Shown here piece by piece: positions 24,537-38,137 of a DNA stretch of 64,000 nucleotides (position 1 is its first letter; the number at the start of each line of letters is the position of its first letter). This DNA is from Klebsormidium nitens (Eukaryota > Plantae > Klebsormidiophyceae): NCBI GenBank assembly GCA_000708835.1, contig DF236950.1, forward strand, positions 401,088-465,087. Reading direction: 5' to 3'. A program made the position numbers and the translations under genes. The notes beneath the pieces are model-generated. The model searched no databases, was not told where the DNA came from, and was given only the letters and a program-made list of their open reading frames with translations.

Positions 24537-27336
24537 TTAACACGTCACGGGGCTGAGGCAACTCTGAAATCGACGGGCTACAGCCTTAATGGTCACGGTG
24601 CCGACGGAGCCCACAAACTTCTCCGACCCTCGTGCTTCATCCCAGGGCATCTGCAGAGCGTCGGTACCGCCCCAGCTGGTCGTCCCTAATGTCTCATCCA
24701 GGCTGAAAGTCTTTCTGTCCTCAATAACTCTTTTCCAAAGGCCACTTGGCCACGTCCTGACGTAGATCTTGAGCGCAAGTGTATCCGTTGCAGCACTTGA
24801 ACTCTCTTCGGTCGAGGATTTCTCGCAGTATAGGAAAACTCCCACAGAGGGCGGATTCTTTCGATCATTCTTCTGCACGCTGATGAACCAGTTCTTTCCA
24901 AACCACACGGCTCGTCGCGACTCTCGCGTCTTTCCGCTCTCGTCCAAAAGAAAGTGGTCAACGATCTCCAGGTGGACAAAGCGCACGCCGTTCCTTTGGC
25001 AGAGCCCCTGTCCCAGCTTTTCTTTCTTGCTATCGGAGTAGGCCTGGAACCTAAGAGCTGCAGTGACCAAAGACTGCGTGTCTTTGTGCTGCAAATCCTC
25101 GCGAGAAAGCAGCGTCTCCAAGTACTCGCCACTCATGCAAGAGAACCTGATCAGCGGAGCAAGCTTGGTGACTGCGGACGACCTTAGCGACACGCTTGTG
25201 TAGTTCACTTCGGCCCAGGCAAGCAATCTGTTGAAAATTTCTTCCTCAGAATCCGCCTCGAGTCTTCGGATTGCAGCAGCACTTCGACCACCTCGAAGCT
25301 CAAGCTTTTGAAGCGCATCGACTCCCACATCCCGCTTACGTCCTTAAATTCCTCCACGACGCGGGCAACTGCGTCGTCCATAACTTCCTTGATTAGAGGA
25401 CGCAGTCGGATTGCTGAAGGAACTCGACACAAAACTTCGGCACCGTCTGCCTTGCGCAACTGCTCGCAAACGGCGCCCATCAGAGAGGGCACGTCAAACT
25501 TGTCTGCCACAAAGAGAAGTGCCACGAGTGCTCGCACGTCGGTAGCCGGCTTGCAAAGAGTCGGCGATAGAGTGCCGGAGTAGAAGAAGCGGACCATCTC
25601 TTCAAAAGCCGCCTTCTCTGCACGCAGGACCGAGAACCAAATCTGAGCCTTGCCCCCGCGTTGGAGGTTTGATTCAAGAATTCGAGACGGTTGTTGATAC
25701 TCAAGGTCAGCTTTTCGGTTGACTTGGAGCTGGTCGTGGGAAAGCAAGGATCGAACGTGGTCTAAAAAGGGCACCAATATCTGTAAATCTGCAAACTGCT
25801 CGGCAAATAGAGATAGCAGTGCAAACATGGAAAACGATGGAAAGGCGCTGAATTGAAAGCATGGAAAAGTGTTGCAACAAGATTGGAGACAAGCCTGGAG
25901 CGATGGTATATTAGGTAACTTCGAAGAGAGTTCCACGGATCTCTTATTTCAGGATCTTGGGGACTCTGAGCGACAATCAGAAGATTGTCGTGACCTTCGA
26001 GGCCAAAACCACAATACACAAACTGAGAATGACCAGAAAATTGTCGCTCACCTTCGAGGGTTACTCTAACGATGACCGGCGCTTTCTTGTCCGACTCCTT
26101 CATGCCGTTGGACAACATGGTTCGCAGCACGGAGCTCTTGGCGGCGAGCACGATGGAGTTAACTGGAATGTCATCATCACTAGGGGGTCCCGAGTCTGAC
26201 GAGTTCTGTAAGAGGTCAGATGCTGGAGCGCTGTCCGTTAACTCGTGAGCTTCTTGGACTTTCGGATCTGCATGAAGAACAGAAAGAAATACGATTGCTC
26301 AAGCTGAAATCTTTGAAAGCTAAAATTTTGTGAAGCAACAACTGAGCCTGGTTGAAAGTTGCAGTGTTCGTCCTACGCGCATCTGCTTGCCTGAGAGCAC
26401 CAATCAGGAGGGGCGATCCTTCTTTGGTTCAAGGACAAAATAGCCCCGTCAAAGAGAATGAGCTGGTGAACATGAGCGATCTGCCAACCAATCTGCTGAT
26501 GGACAAGCGACGGCTATGATTGAGTATAGGCTCCTTCCGGAGTTGGTCAAACCGACAGAAATTTGGTGTATCAGGATCTTTGTGGCCATTTTTGTGATGG
26601 AACTGAACAAACTCAAGACTAACGTTGGAGCTGCGTCGGACCTGGTTCAGACAAAAGCTTTCTTGCAGTGCAGCAATGTTTCAGCTCAAGCAGACAGTCA
26701 AAGATGCTTGAGAATACGAAAGTCCAGCTCATTGGGAAGATTCTGCATTCAACCAATTTGCCAAACGTACTGCTTGTGCAGATTACAAGAAGATTCATTA
26801 GATCTCACCTTTCTCATCACTGTCCAGGAGTTCTAGTCGGATAGTCCGGTCCGAGAACTCAGTGCTCCTGCAACACAACACTTACTTTGAGGATTATACA
26901 AGAAGGATTGCTGGTCATAGTCTCAAATACTCTCTGCATAGCGAGAGAGTATCGGATGCTCTTCAATAAACAGTTGGGATGCATCCCAACACGAAGCGGG
27001 TGTCTGTAGCCTGCAGGATTCATTGCAGTGTTTGTTCCAAACCATTTGCCAGTGTAGACAGAAGTGACGATATATCATCAGCGAAAAGAAAGCAACGACA
27101 TCGCAGACAAGAGTTCACCTGTCCTGTGAGCACGGAGGCCAAAAACAGTCTGACAGGGACCAAGGTTTCGTCAAAGAAGCTCCCATGTTGCAGGAATGTC
27201 AGGCGTAAGCACAATTTCTAGGGTCGTGCTTTTGGTCCTACACCTAAGCGCGGCTTGCAACTCCTTACTTGTAAAACGAGGTAAAGTCAAAGTAGCGTGC
27301 CTCCTCCTTCAGGGCGCTCGCTTCGTCGTTCGCCAT
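24537..27336 (-). pseudogene. POB1/LRB-like BTB-BACK-MATH-like protein with a -1 frameshift at 25261/25262 (pseudogene or sequence error); exons 27336-27269, 26867-26809, 26267-26052, 25617-24537
   Basis: Spliced N-terminus MANDEASALKEEARYFDFTSFYKSTEFSDRTIRLELL, then VNSIVLAAKSSVLRTMLSNGMKESD and AFEEMVRFFYSG..LLFVADKFDVPSL (BTB). BACK region LSFEVVEVLLQSED / LEADSEEEIFNRLLAW is split between two frames. The C-terminal beta-rich domain has VGVFLYC..WG. Confidence 0.8.
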
Positions 27337-28703
27337 ACCTGGGCCAAATCTGAATGCGGTAGTAGTGGCAACGGCTTGGATGATATCGTTCCGCTCAAAT
27401 CATGCCGCAGCAGGATTCCGCAGGCTGAGACATCTGACTAAGAAATGATAGTGCAGGAAAGTGTTGGTGTTGACGCTCGCCCGGAGACGGGTTGGGTTGA
27501 TCGGGGGTTTACTGGGTCTTGCTCGTATCCTACCAGGCCAGCACTTGACTTGGGGACGTCTAGGGTGGGTCTGTGTCACGTGGATCATGTTAACTTCGGG
27601 TTCAGAGTTTCGTTGTTTGTGCCCGGGGAACAAACCTGCCTGATCAACATAGACCTGCATAGACCCGAGAAGTTCGAGACTAACGAGCTAGGATCAACTG
27701 GGCGGGTATTGTCCACCCTCCAAAAGACTTTACAATCGCTTTCCTATTCTCCGGATCGATCGTTGACTCCATATGTCACAACACCACGCTATCTTGATAC
27801 ATTGAATCACGGAAACTTACTGGCAATTACCTTCCCGGCCATACATGCATATGTGGCCGCCGGCCTTGCACGCCTGCTGGGGCCAGCGAGAGATCATGCA
27901 AAGTCCTAGAGTACGTCATCTGCTTACGAACTTTACTCAATCGGGCCGGACGCGGTCCGTCATGCGTCATGAGATGTAACACTCAGCGTATTAGCATGCT
28001 CGTGATGCACGCATACACTTACGTTTTTCTTCCCTGGCTTGTGCCGACGTCTTTCGCTGCTCATCGCAAGGATGCCGTCGTGAGACACGTCTCTTTCCAA
28101 TTTGCTATAGGTTTGAATCCATGCGCATGTCTAGAAGTGTATGTTCGAACTTCGCACACATGTAGAGACAGTCACTGACTAATTGGCAGCTTTCGCTCCG
28201 CCTGGCCAATAAACGCAGACAGAAGACATTCAAAACAGAGGTCTCAATTGAACGGCATGTCACAATTCATACTGGCGTGCATAAGGATCGAGTACGTGGC
28301 CTGAAATTATCGAGGTGCCTGTGCTTGAGTATGCGTGATCAACATTTCTCACCCCAGCATGACAGCGCTCTACATTTAGGGCTGCTGATCATGCGGCAAC
28401 TTTCTTTGGTCCAACACGTACATGTGAGGGCCGTTTTATCCCCTTTCTAAAGTGCATATTCTTTGTTGGTATTGGAGCTCTTTACAGACGTAGCGTATTT
28501 CGTTGAGATGCCTGGAAGGCCCACCGGGCCTCAGCTCTCGTACTTTCGACTTCCACCAGGCAGTCCCCATCGACTCTTCTTACCATTTCATGCGGCCAGC
28601 ATCTGTCTCCTGCATCAAGGTCGGACGGTTTTCGATCACAAATTGCGCTCAGGTTCACCAAGCAGATTTACCGAAGATGACGGTGATTGATGTGTATCTT
28701 TAG

Positions 28704-31700
28704 TCAATGTCGGCGGGTACTTCTGAGCGACCGGGAAGGGAACCGATGGAAGCAATGGTAGGAGTTGCAGGTCAAAAGTATTCGGGTAGACAGAGAAAGC
28801 AGGGAAGAGAACAAGACCTTTGAGGAATTGCACGCAACCACGGGGCGCCAGAGAGGTGACGCTGCTGGAAAGCATGCGGCCATGACGTCCCTCGGTGCGG
28901 CTCTCCCCGGCGGCCTTACCTGGCTGGCGTCACAGGAACGGGCCGGTGCTCGCGCTCCTTTTCCCTCTGCTTGGCGGGGACCGTCCGGGTGACCGCGGAC
29001 ACGCCGTCCACAAACTTGGTCCGGAAGATGACGTCAGCGTTGTTGAACATGCCCTCCTTGAGGGACACTACCACGAACTGCAATACGGGGGCGAGGTCAG
29101 GCGAACCGGCCCGAAATCTAGTGGAAGTGCTGACCAACATGAGACTGGCCGACAAGCCCGCGATTCACGTAGCTACCTGATCTGGCGGAAGTCTATCAGC
29201 GGAAAAAGGATTACAGTTGACAGTACAATCCTTGGCATCAGCTTTGGCAGAGACATCTATTTTAATGGACACTTCTTGAGGGCAAAGAGTACTGTTACGT
29301 ATGACGAGAACCATGACGTATCCGTAAGACAATTCCTGACTTTAAGAACAAGGGACCGGACAAGAGTAGCAGTGATTGCGGCTGTGCTCGTACCTGCGAC
29401 TGCGGGAAGTGCGTCTTGATCATGCGGCCTATGTTCTGCGTGTGGCTCAGGTCCAAAGCCGCGTCCACCTGCACGCACGCGCAACCCCGTCAACAAACCC
29501 ATTTGGAAACGCGCCGAGTGAGAACGTCGACCTGTCAGCGAAAGTGGCATTTCTTGGTTCAAAAAGTAGAACGTATATCAAAGAAAGAAACCAGAAGCAC
29601 CTGACAACTACTCTGACGATGAACACCCAGGAAGAAGCGAGCCCGCAAAGAAACAACGCTCCTACTCTCCCTCGCCAGGAGGAACGCAGTATCGCCCCTG
29701 GCGGATAGTTGCGTGGCAGGTCTTGCTGCCGTGGTGTCCAGCTTACAACACAGCTGCTGCCGGACCTGGCAGCTGTCCCCTCACCTCGTCGAGGATGTAG
29801 AGCGGCGCGGGCTTGAAGAGCAGCAGCGCGAGGATGAGCGAGAGCGCGAGCAGCGAGCGCTGGCCGCCGCTGAGCTCCGTGAGCGACTGCTTCCACACGC
29901 CGCCGAAGGCGACCTTGACCTCGAGGCCGTCCAGGAAGGAGGCGCCCTCCGGCGGCTCCAGCTTGGCGGTGGTCCCCGGGAGCAGCGTCGAGAAGATGGA
30001 CCCGAAGTCGCGGTTCACCTTGTGCCACGTCACGCGCAGCGCCTCCTTCTTCTTCTCGTCCAGCTGGTCGATCACCAGCCGGATCTTGGCCTTGTCCGCC
30101 TGGCGGGGAGCCACGAGGAAAGACGTGTGGGGTGAGCAAACGTAACGTCGTGTGTCTTGGACTTTTCAAAGAAGGTCTGTATCTCAAGCCTTCGGATTCT
30201 GATTGCCTGCTTCCTCATCGTTTTCAAGTGGTGACCGCTCGATTATCAGCATACGGTAGGTTCCAGAATGCGGCGGTTTTCTGTCGGACGAGTACCTCTG
30301 GCGTGGAAAGAGAATTGAGGCAACTTTATGCTCCTCGTCAGCGTCTTCACGTAGATTCTCGAGCGGCCAGACGGTGGAGTATCTGGTAAACTGAGCGAAA
30401 GCTTCCGAGGGCGCAACGTCAGCTCCTACCTCGACGATGTTTTTCTTCTCCTCGAGCGCCTTGTACTCGGCCTCCGCGTGGTCAAACATGGTGGTCACCT
30501 TCTTGTTCACCTTCTTGCCCGTGCTGCACGCAGGAAAGCGAACGTGAGCAAGCCGCAGAACGTACAACATCGCACGCGGCAAACCTTAGACGCGCCGAAG
30601 TTCTACTCGTATCGAGAACGACAGAAAGAGGACGATGACTCGGCTTTAGAAGAGGAAAGCCGAGAGAGAACCGATTCAAGCGAAAGACCAGAATATGGCC
30701 TAGACAGCCGTTACTCGCGGTCTAACCCGCACGACGCTGTTGTGGATCGAACAGTGACTTGAGCAGAAGTTGAAAGCCCTCCAGTGTCCGGTTCCTCGTC
30801 CTGTGTCAGCAGGCCGCACCTGTCCTGTTCGGCCTGCTTCCTCTCGTACGTCTCCTTGGCCTCCTTGATGTCGATGGCCTCGAAGTCGTAGTCCGTGCCG
30901 GGCTTGCCGAACAGCTGCCGCTCGCTGGCGATCCAGGCCTCCTCCTTGAGCAGCCGCTCCACCAGCTTGGCGCTGTCCTTTTGATCCACCTCCATCCGCT
31001 TCACCTGCAACGACAACCGTACGAAGCATCAGCTTCCAGCCCAGCGAAGACCAAGCCTTACCAGATTATACCGCGTTTCTGCACACTCAAACTCACTGGT
31101 GCTTTGAAGCCAGGATGCTTCTCAATTGTAAACACATGAGCACTCCAAAGTTGCTAAACTATCAGCAGCTGGCGCCCAGCATTTGGTTCCCGTCGTAAGG
31201 ACCCAGCAAATTACCTTGTGGTCCAGCTTCTTGGCCTCGACGTTGCTGTCTTTGAGCTTCCGGTCGAGGCGCGCCTGCTCCTTGGCCTGCGCGCTGATCT
31301 CCGCGTCGCACTCCTTGATGCGCGCCTTCGTCTCGTCCAGCGCGCCCTTGGCCGCCTCGTACTCCGCCTTGCGGGCCGCCACCTGAACCAAGGACACAGC
31401 CAGATGAATACTCGGATCTAGAAAAGAGAGCGAATGGCAATCCACTGGTTCAGCCAATCCAATCGAAAGGCCGTATCCAAGATGGTGCACAAACAGTGGA
31501 GGCTGTGGGCAGAGACAGCTTCGTTATCGGTGGGCGAAAGAAGTAAAATACATAAACAATAATGCAAGAGGGAGCAACATATCAACGGATATCAAAGCAT
31601 ATCACACATGGGGTCGTTCTCCGGCTGGGACTTCGGGACGGATATTGGCGCCTACCTTCTCCTCCAGCTCTGCGGCTTGTTCCTCCAGCTTGTTGGCTTG

Positions 31701-34700
31701 CTCTTGAGCAGCCGTGGCCTGCTCTTGCAGTGCGGCGATCTCGAGGTGCATCGCCTCCCTCTCCATGGCCTGCTGCTGCACGCTCTCCTCCATGCTCTGC
31801 AAGATAATGCAACACAGATCGTCAGCAGCGCAAGAAGACCTCCCAACTGCATCAGCAAGCTTACGAGCCTTCAAGGTAGGACGTGTTGACACGGCGCGGT
31901 CTCCCAGTTTGCTTATTACTCTTCTCGTCTCCTTGCAGTAACGAAATAGAGGGCATCAGATTAAGAACGCGGACAGTGCTGCTGCGAGATATTGTCCACC
32001 AAACGACGTTTCAGCAGGACTATTGAAACCAAAGACTCTCCACCCTTCAGGAAGGGGGAAGCTCCGGTCGCGGGGCTAGCGTGGGCACCTTGAGGTCCTT
32101 GAGCGCGGCGGCGTGCTCCTTCTTGGCGGCCTTGATGCTGCTCTCGATGGCCTGGAGCCGCGCCTCGCGCTCCTTGCCCTGGTCCGCCTTCTTCTGCTCC
32201 AGCTCCGTCGCCTCCGCCTGCAGCGCGGCCTGCCGCTCGCGCGCCGCCACCAGGGCATCCTGCAACCCCAAAACATTACTCTATTATTCAGACCCCGGTG
32301 AAGATATCGCATAGAGCGCAACGGTCAGTGTTCAAAGACTGGGAGAATGCACAGCGGTCGTCACGGACTTTGCGTTTATCCAAACGCTTTTTGGCCCAGG
32401 AATTGCTGGCCCTGCGCGTCGCAAGTTGCCTTGCCACAAAATACAGAACAACGGCCTCCGGCAAGGTCAGCTCGAAGAAGGGAAGAAGCGCAGTTGAACT
32501 TGCACTGACCATTATCCTGGAAGAGTCGATTCGTGCACTTTCGGGCAGACTACCTGCGGAAGTAGCCTTAGCAAAGGCCGTCTTCTACCTGCGCAATGGT
32601 GAGGTCCGTCTCCATGGCAGCGACCGCCTCTGCGAGCTGGTGGCTCTCGCTCTTCTCGCTCCGCTCCTGCAGCAGCTTCAAGCTGTGGCTCTTCAGCTCC
32701 AGCTCACCCTTCACCCGCTGGTACTCCGCATTCCCCGCCGCCAACGTGGCAAGCTGCACGGAACGAGAGATCCTGTTCGGACCTTGCCAAATGCTGGGGA
32801 AAGTGGGATACAGTCGACGCCTCAACACTTTGCTGACTGGCAATTCAAATATCTATTGTCGTCCGCTGCGTTGTTAACAACACTCCTGCTAATAGGTTGG
32901 GGGTCTGAGGTAGATGCACACGAAACGGGAGCGGGTGGCAGGACGACCTCAGGCATGCTGCGGGTCTCACCTCCGCCTCGATTGCCGTCAACGCGTTCTG
33001 ATGCCGCTCCAAGTCGGCCTCGGCTAGTCGGAGCTCGTGCAGCTTTTGCAGCTTGCTCGTCTTTCTGGACAAAACACGACACGCCGTCAGCGACGTGTCC
33101 GCAGGGTCGTACTTGCACCAATGTGACGCAAGTCCGCAGATACCATCCTTTGCAGCATTGCAAGTCCAGCCGTCAAACCTGATTTGGAGTAGTTCGACGC
33201 ATAGTTGGCCCGGATTGTCAAGTCTGTGAGTAAGAGAATATTAGGCAAGTAACACTCACGGTCTTGAGCCTCCCGTGATCGTGCCTGCTGGGTTGAATGT
33301 CTCCCCCTCCAAAGACACGGTGTGGGAACGGATGTTTCGGTCGTAGCAGACCTGCAATGCCAACCATATTTTCCAGAACAGAATTCAAGGAGCTCCTAAG
33401 TTGCACTGTTACAGACCCTCACGGCGTCTAAAAGCACACATAGCGGAGTTGCATAACAGCAGCTCTCCAGCATACATTCAGTTAGTTGCCTCGACGGATT
33501 CAATAGAGAATCACTCGTGCCCTTCCTTCAGGGAGCGTCTCTCTCTCGCTTCAATTTCGCGAGCCATCCAAAACGCAGCCGCACCTTCTCGGCTGTTTGA
33601 TAGTCTCTGCAGATGAAGGAGTTGCCAAAGACGAAAGCCATTGCATTCTGCACAACAGCAAAAAGAAGTGTCAGTAGTCAAGAAGCGTTTGGCAGAGCTA
33701 GCGTCACGAGAGAGTCTAGACGGTAAAGAAAGATCATCTGCTTAACCTAGAAGACCCTGCTTTCGACGTCTTGCTTCCCGATCGTCATCGTCGGTCTCGC
33801 TTCTGAGACCGGTGAGCCGCGTCCAGGTAAAGTTATCCTCTCTAGAAATTACATGATGCGAAGGACGTGACGAAGTGCGTTCTTACCTGCAGCTCGTCCT
33901 CGTAGCCCACCAACGACAGGGCCAGCCGCGCTCCCTCCGGGCCAGCCTACGAAGGGAACGTTCACTATTGGATAAGTCCGCAGTAGCCAGCCGACTCAAA
34001 GAAGATGGATGTCAATCCCAACATGCGGAGAACTGCCGGCGTGCAAAGTGGCCCATCTCAGCGATACCTTGCTGCATAAGTCGGTTTTAAGCTCAGCCAT
34101 GAGACCCTGAAGAGGCCCCCAAGCAAAGCTCTTTCACAGTGTGCATGATGTGAACAGCGCACGTTGCACAAAGACGGCAACTGATTCCACAAGCTTATAG
34201 CGACTAGGCAAATGGGATTGTTTACTCACAACATGTGCAGCCGCTTGCTGCACGTGCTGTGGTGCCTTTCTGCCGTCAATTTTGTCCAGCGGGATGATGG
34301 TCACCCGCCTCTGCAGCCTCCCTTTGTCCAGGACTAGCTTGCCTGTGTTGGCGTCTGACACAACCACATTGAACAGCTTGCCTCCGGCAGCAACCTGTGA
34401 TCGGCAAGCGAACCGCTTGGAAGACATTCGAGAGCAATATGGCCCAATCGAACATGCCGATAACGAGAATATAACAGGCGTCCTTTCTTTGAGGGTCCCG
34501 TCTTCCTTTGGAATTCATAAGAAGCCACCTAAGCACTTGTCAAGCCTTAGAAAAGTGGCCGCAGGAGCAGACTGAAACCAGCGGCTTCGAACTTTCTCAA
34601 AGATCACTCAAGAAGTGCATTTTCGATGCGGTACTAGCACTCTGAGTCGGCCATTCGCGTACCTCAAGGGCGGTCATGGCCGAAGGGTCGTTGACAGTGA

Positions 34701-37459
34701 ACAGCTTGGCCACCATTCCTTTGACCCGAGACCGGTCGAAGCCCCTCTCCGGGTCGCTGAAGGAGAACGCTAGGCTGCTGAGTTCCGCCGAAAGGTCGTT
34801 TACCCGCCGCTTGAGGTCGCGGACTATCCCTCGTTCTTGCTCTTGTTGCTGCAACCAGAGTCGAAGAAGGAGTTCGTGAGAGGACTGGTCTGAGAGAAAA
34901 GAGAGGGACAGGATCTGCCTCTGGGTTCTGGGCGGTAAGCAAGTTATTGCTTTGGTCGTTGGGAGAGACTTTCGAGGTATCCCAAAGTGCATCTTTGGGT
35001 TCACCTTACATGGAGGAGTGTCTCCTGAGGTATCTCCAAGCTTCTCCAGATTCATTCCACTTAGTAAGGGCTCCCCAATCGACCTCGCTTTGGCGCAGCC
35101 GGCAAGCAAAGGTACTCTGCTAAATCTTGTAAAACAAGTAAACCCACCGATTTAAGTTCCGTGACTCGGTTCTCGTCAAAGTGGAGATCATCCAGTCTGG
35201 CTTGGCACTGTGCAACTGCCTGCAAGACGTTCTCGAGCTCCTTCTGCATGCTGGAGGCCTCCTTCTGCTTGGCCGCCAGCAGCTTTCTCTTGCTCCCCAG
35301 CTCCTTGTCTAGATGCTTGATCTTGAGCTGCGCCTGTTGGGCCTCCGCCCCACTGGCCTGCACCCCCGCCTTGGCGTCGCTCAGCTTCTGCTCAAAGGTG
35401 CGCTCACCCTCTGCCCCGCTGCTCTTGCCTGCCAGCACCCCCTGGAGGAAAATGACAGAAGGGGGCTTCGTAAGTAAGATGCCAAGAAAACCAGACTGAC
35501 AAACAGTCCGATCGCTAGGTTGGAGACCGATTCGCTTGCAGCTCTGTGCTTCTTGCTCTTGTTAAGGAAGCACGTCATGAAACACTGGCAGCTGTATATT
35601 GTATGGGGTGGGAGAAAGTACCTGTTGCTCCTGTTCCAGAGCTTTCAAATCTTCCGCCACCTTCTCCACACGAGCCTTGGCCTTTGCAAAGTCAGCGTCG
35701 GCTGCCCCCATGGCTGCAGCCCTCTCTTCCACGCCCCGCTTTGTCTCCTCGATAGTCATCTGGAGCTGCAATAGAGAAAACACGTACGGAATGAACACCA
35801 CATGGGCATGAGTTTGAGGATTTTTATGCTTGATGTTTCCAGAAACTCGCATCTCTGTAGCAATATGCTCTTTTTCCTTGTAAGCATCTGCCTGCTCTCA
35901 GAAGAAGGCATACATTATCCTCCGCTGATCACTCTGTTCGAAGGGGGTCCTACAGAATCGGCTTGGTCAAGCTGAGGACTCAACGACTGGCAAGTTGTCA
36001 GAACCTACACACAGGATGCCGTCGAACTTACCCATCCCCAAAGAGAGGGGCAAAGTCCAGCTAAATCAAAGTGGCCCTCTCAGAAGGGATGAAGGCCTCT
36101 TACCTGCTTCAAGCTTTCTTTCTCGGAATCATGCAGCTCCTTCTTGTTCGTCCAGTTGGTGGTGTCCTTGACCAGCCGCTTGCTTGCATCATCCGCCTGC
36201 TCCTGCAGCTTCTTCACCTCCTGCCCCATCTCCTTGTCCTTCTCCTCCGTCAACTTGGCGATGTCCTTCGCCTTCTGAGCAATCTCTGCTTGAAGGGCCT
36301 CCGCAGACGCCGACATCTCAGCCAGCCGCTGCTTCAGCTCCTCAACCTCATCAATCGCCCCCGTCATCGTCTTCTCTGCCATTGTGAAAGAATGTGCCAC
36401 GCACAGCCGCTTCAGCCGCTGCACTTCTGACTGCCCCGCTTGCCAGACATTGTACAGAGCCCTCTCCTTGCGGAGGTTCTCAAGCGCCGGCCGCACCTCA
36501 TTCTGCAGCACCGTGTCAATCTCGTCTAACTTCCCCTGCTTCTTCTCGAGGGTCTTCAATGCCCCCTCCTTTTTGACTTCGTACATGCGAGTTCCCGCTG
36601 CTTCTTCCAGCATGGACAGGATCTCAATGGGCTTCATGTTGAGCACCTTGGTGATGCGGCCTTGCATGATGAGGAAGTGGGGGTTGTTGACATTGAGCTG
36701 GACGCTGTGAAACAGGTTCTGGACTTGTGACGGCTGGGCCACGCGACCGTTGATAAGGTACTTGTTTCGCCCGCCGATGACAATCTGCATGGATGTGAGC
36801 CCAGAGTTGCCACTCAGCTGTGGCCAGCAGTCAACACAAAGCAATCTGACTAGGATGCGATAGGAATCTATCATGGGACGGTTTGGGGCCAGACTTGATT
36901 AGTCAATGTTTGTCAGCCCAAGCACGGCCTTGGCCTTGTTTACATACTTACACCTTCTGCAGGGCCTTATAACTGGGTAAGGTTCTTGTATGTGTTTGCT
37001 AGGTCTGCTGCCTCCCATGCAGCTAAAAGAGAGACCTTGACAAACTTTGTGACAGGTGTTGGAGCTGGCAAGAAAGTGTCCAATACGACAGCAAAGTCAG
37101 TGCATTGGGGCCACTCCAAATCCAGCAGAACAACAACTCACCTGCCGTGATACCGTGATACTGTCATATTGTTCGTAGCTCACAGGGGACTTGCTCTTGT
37201 CTGTGTTGTTCCAAACAATTGACACTGTGGCCTTGGTCACCCCTGCCTGCCCCGACTTGTACACCAATTCTTGCAGATTGGCAGCTCGCACCTGAGAAAG
37301 ATTGGTGATGCCAAGCACAAAGCAGATGGAGTCCAGAATGTTTGACTTGCCGGTCCCATTCAGGCCGGTGATGGCATTGAACTTTGGATCAAAGTTTGGG
37401 ACAACAGTTCTTTGGGCGTAAGATTTGAAACCATCTATGCAGACCTCCTCGATATACAT
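28704..37459 (-). CDS. SMC2: Structural maintenance of chromosomes protein 2 (condensin subunit), multi-exon
   Basis: [71 protein letters not shown]; hinge [41 protein letters not shown]; signature [49 protein letters not shown]. Predicted stop at 28704. Confidence 0.97.
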
Positions 37460-37752
37460 GTTTGCTCCTCTTGGGTTGAAGCAGCTCTTCCCCCCTCAAG
37501 CAAATATCACAATCTAAAATGGTGGGCGGTGCTATGCCGCCCGCCTGTGTTTAGGTAGTTGTGAGCAACTTGTGCATCTGTAAGGAACGTTAAATTATCG
37601 CTTTGACAAGGCTCAAACGCTGCTATCCTGCCTGGGAATCCAGCGCCATGATCGCCCTCAATGACAATACCTATGGAGTGCTGGAGGCTTCTGTGCTTCA
37701 CGCAGATTCTGCAACGAGACGCTGGTCGGAGGTGACTTGAGGATTCATGTAT

Positions 37753-37760
37753 TTTGGCGG
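37753..37760 (+). promoter_or_regulatory. Candidate E2F site TTTGGCGG in the SMC2/CEP70 divergent promoter
   Basis: Matches the plant E2F consensus WTTSSCSS and lies between two cell-cycle-type genes. An 8-mer can occur by chance. Confidence 0.3.
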
Positions 37761-38137
37761 GTGCCAGGTTGGCATATCTGACGGCCTAGGGGTTGCGTTG
37801 AGAAGTTTAGACGGCTGGAGGAGCCCTGCAGTTTCAACAGTCCAGGAGACATTCAAAACATTCAAAAGCTAGAGTTGTTGAAGTGAAGCATGGAAGCTGG
37901 ACTCATACGGTAGTGCAGGTATGGATTCTGGACATAGGTACCGGTAGCACAGCGCCCGCTACTGCACTGTGGATGCAATGCCTGGTATCCAGGAATGCAT
38001 GGATGGCGCATCATTCGTGGACGGACGTCTGTGTGAGAGTCCGGGCTACAAAATTTCCAAGAGCAGCGGGTAATGTTTGATTTTGCAGAGGAATTCGAAT
38101 TATTTCAAGGTAAAAGTCAAGCAAAAGGGACCATCAG

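Noticed and set aside
26881-26918. ATGACCAGC...CTCAAA|GTAAG as first exon of the BTB-BACK gene
   Set aside because: Wrong phase (gives an immediate stop). The exon at 27336-27269 fits the phase and the FDF..F..FSDR motif.
32298-33182. 294-aa plus-strand ORF antisense to SMC2
   Set aside because: It runs across SMC2 exons and introns, has no recognisable domain, and is expected as a shadow of GC3-rich codons.
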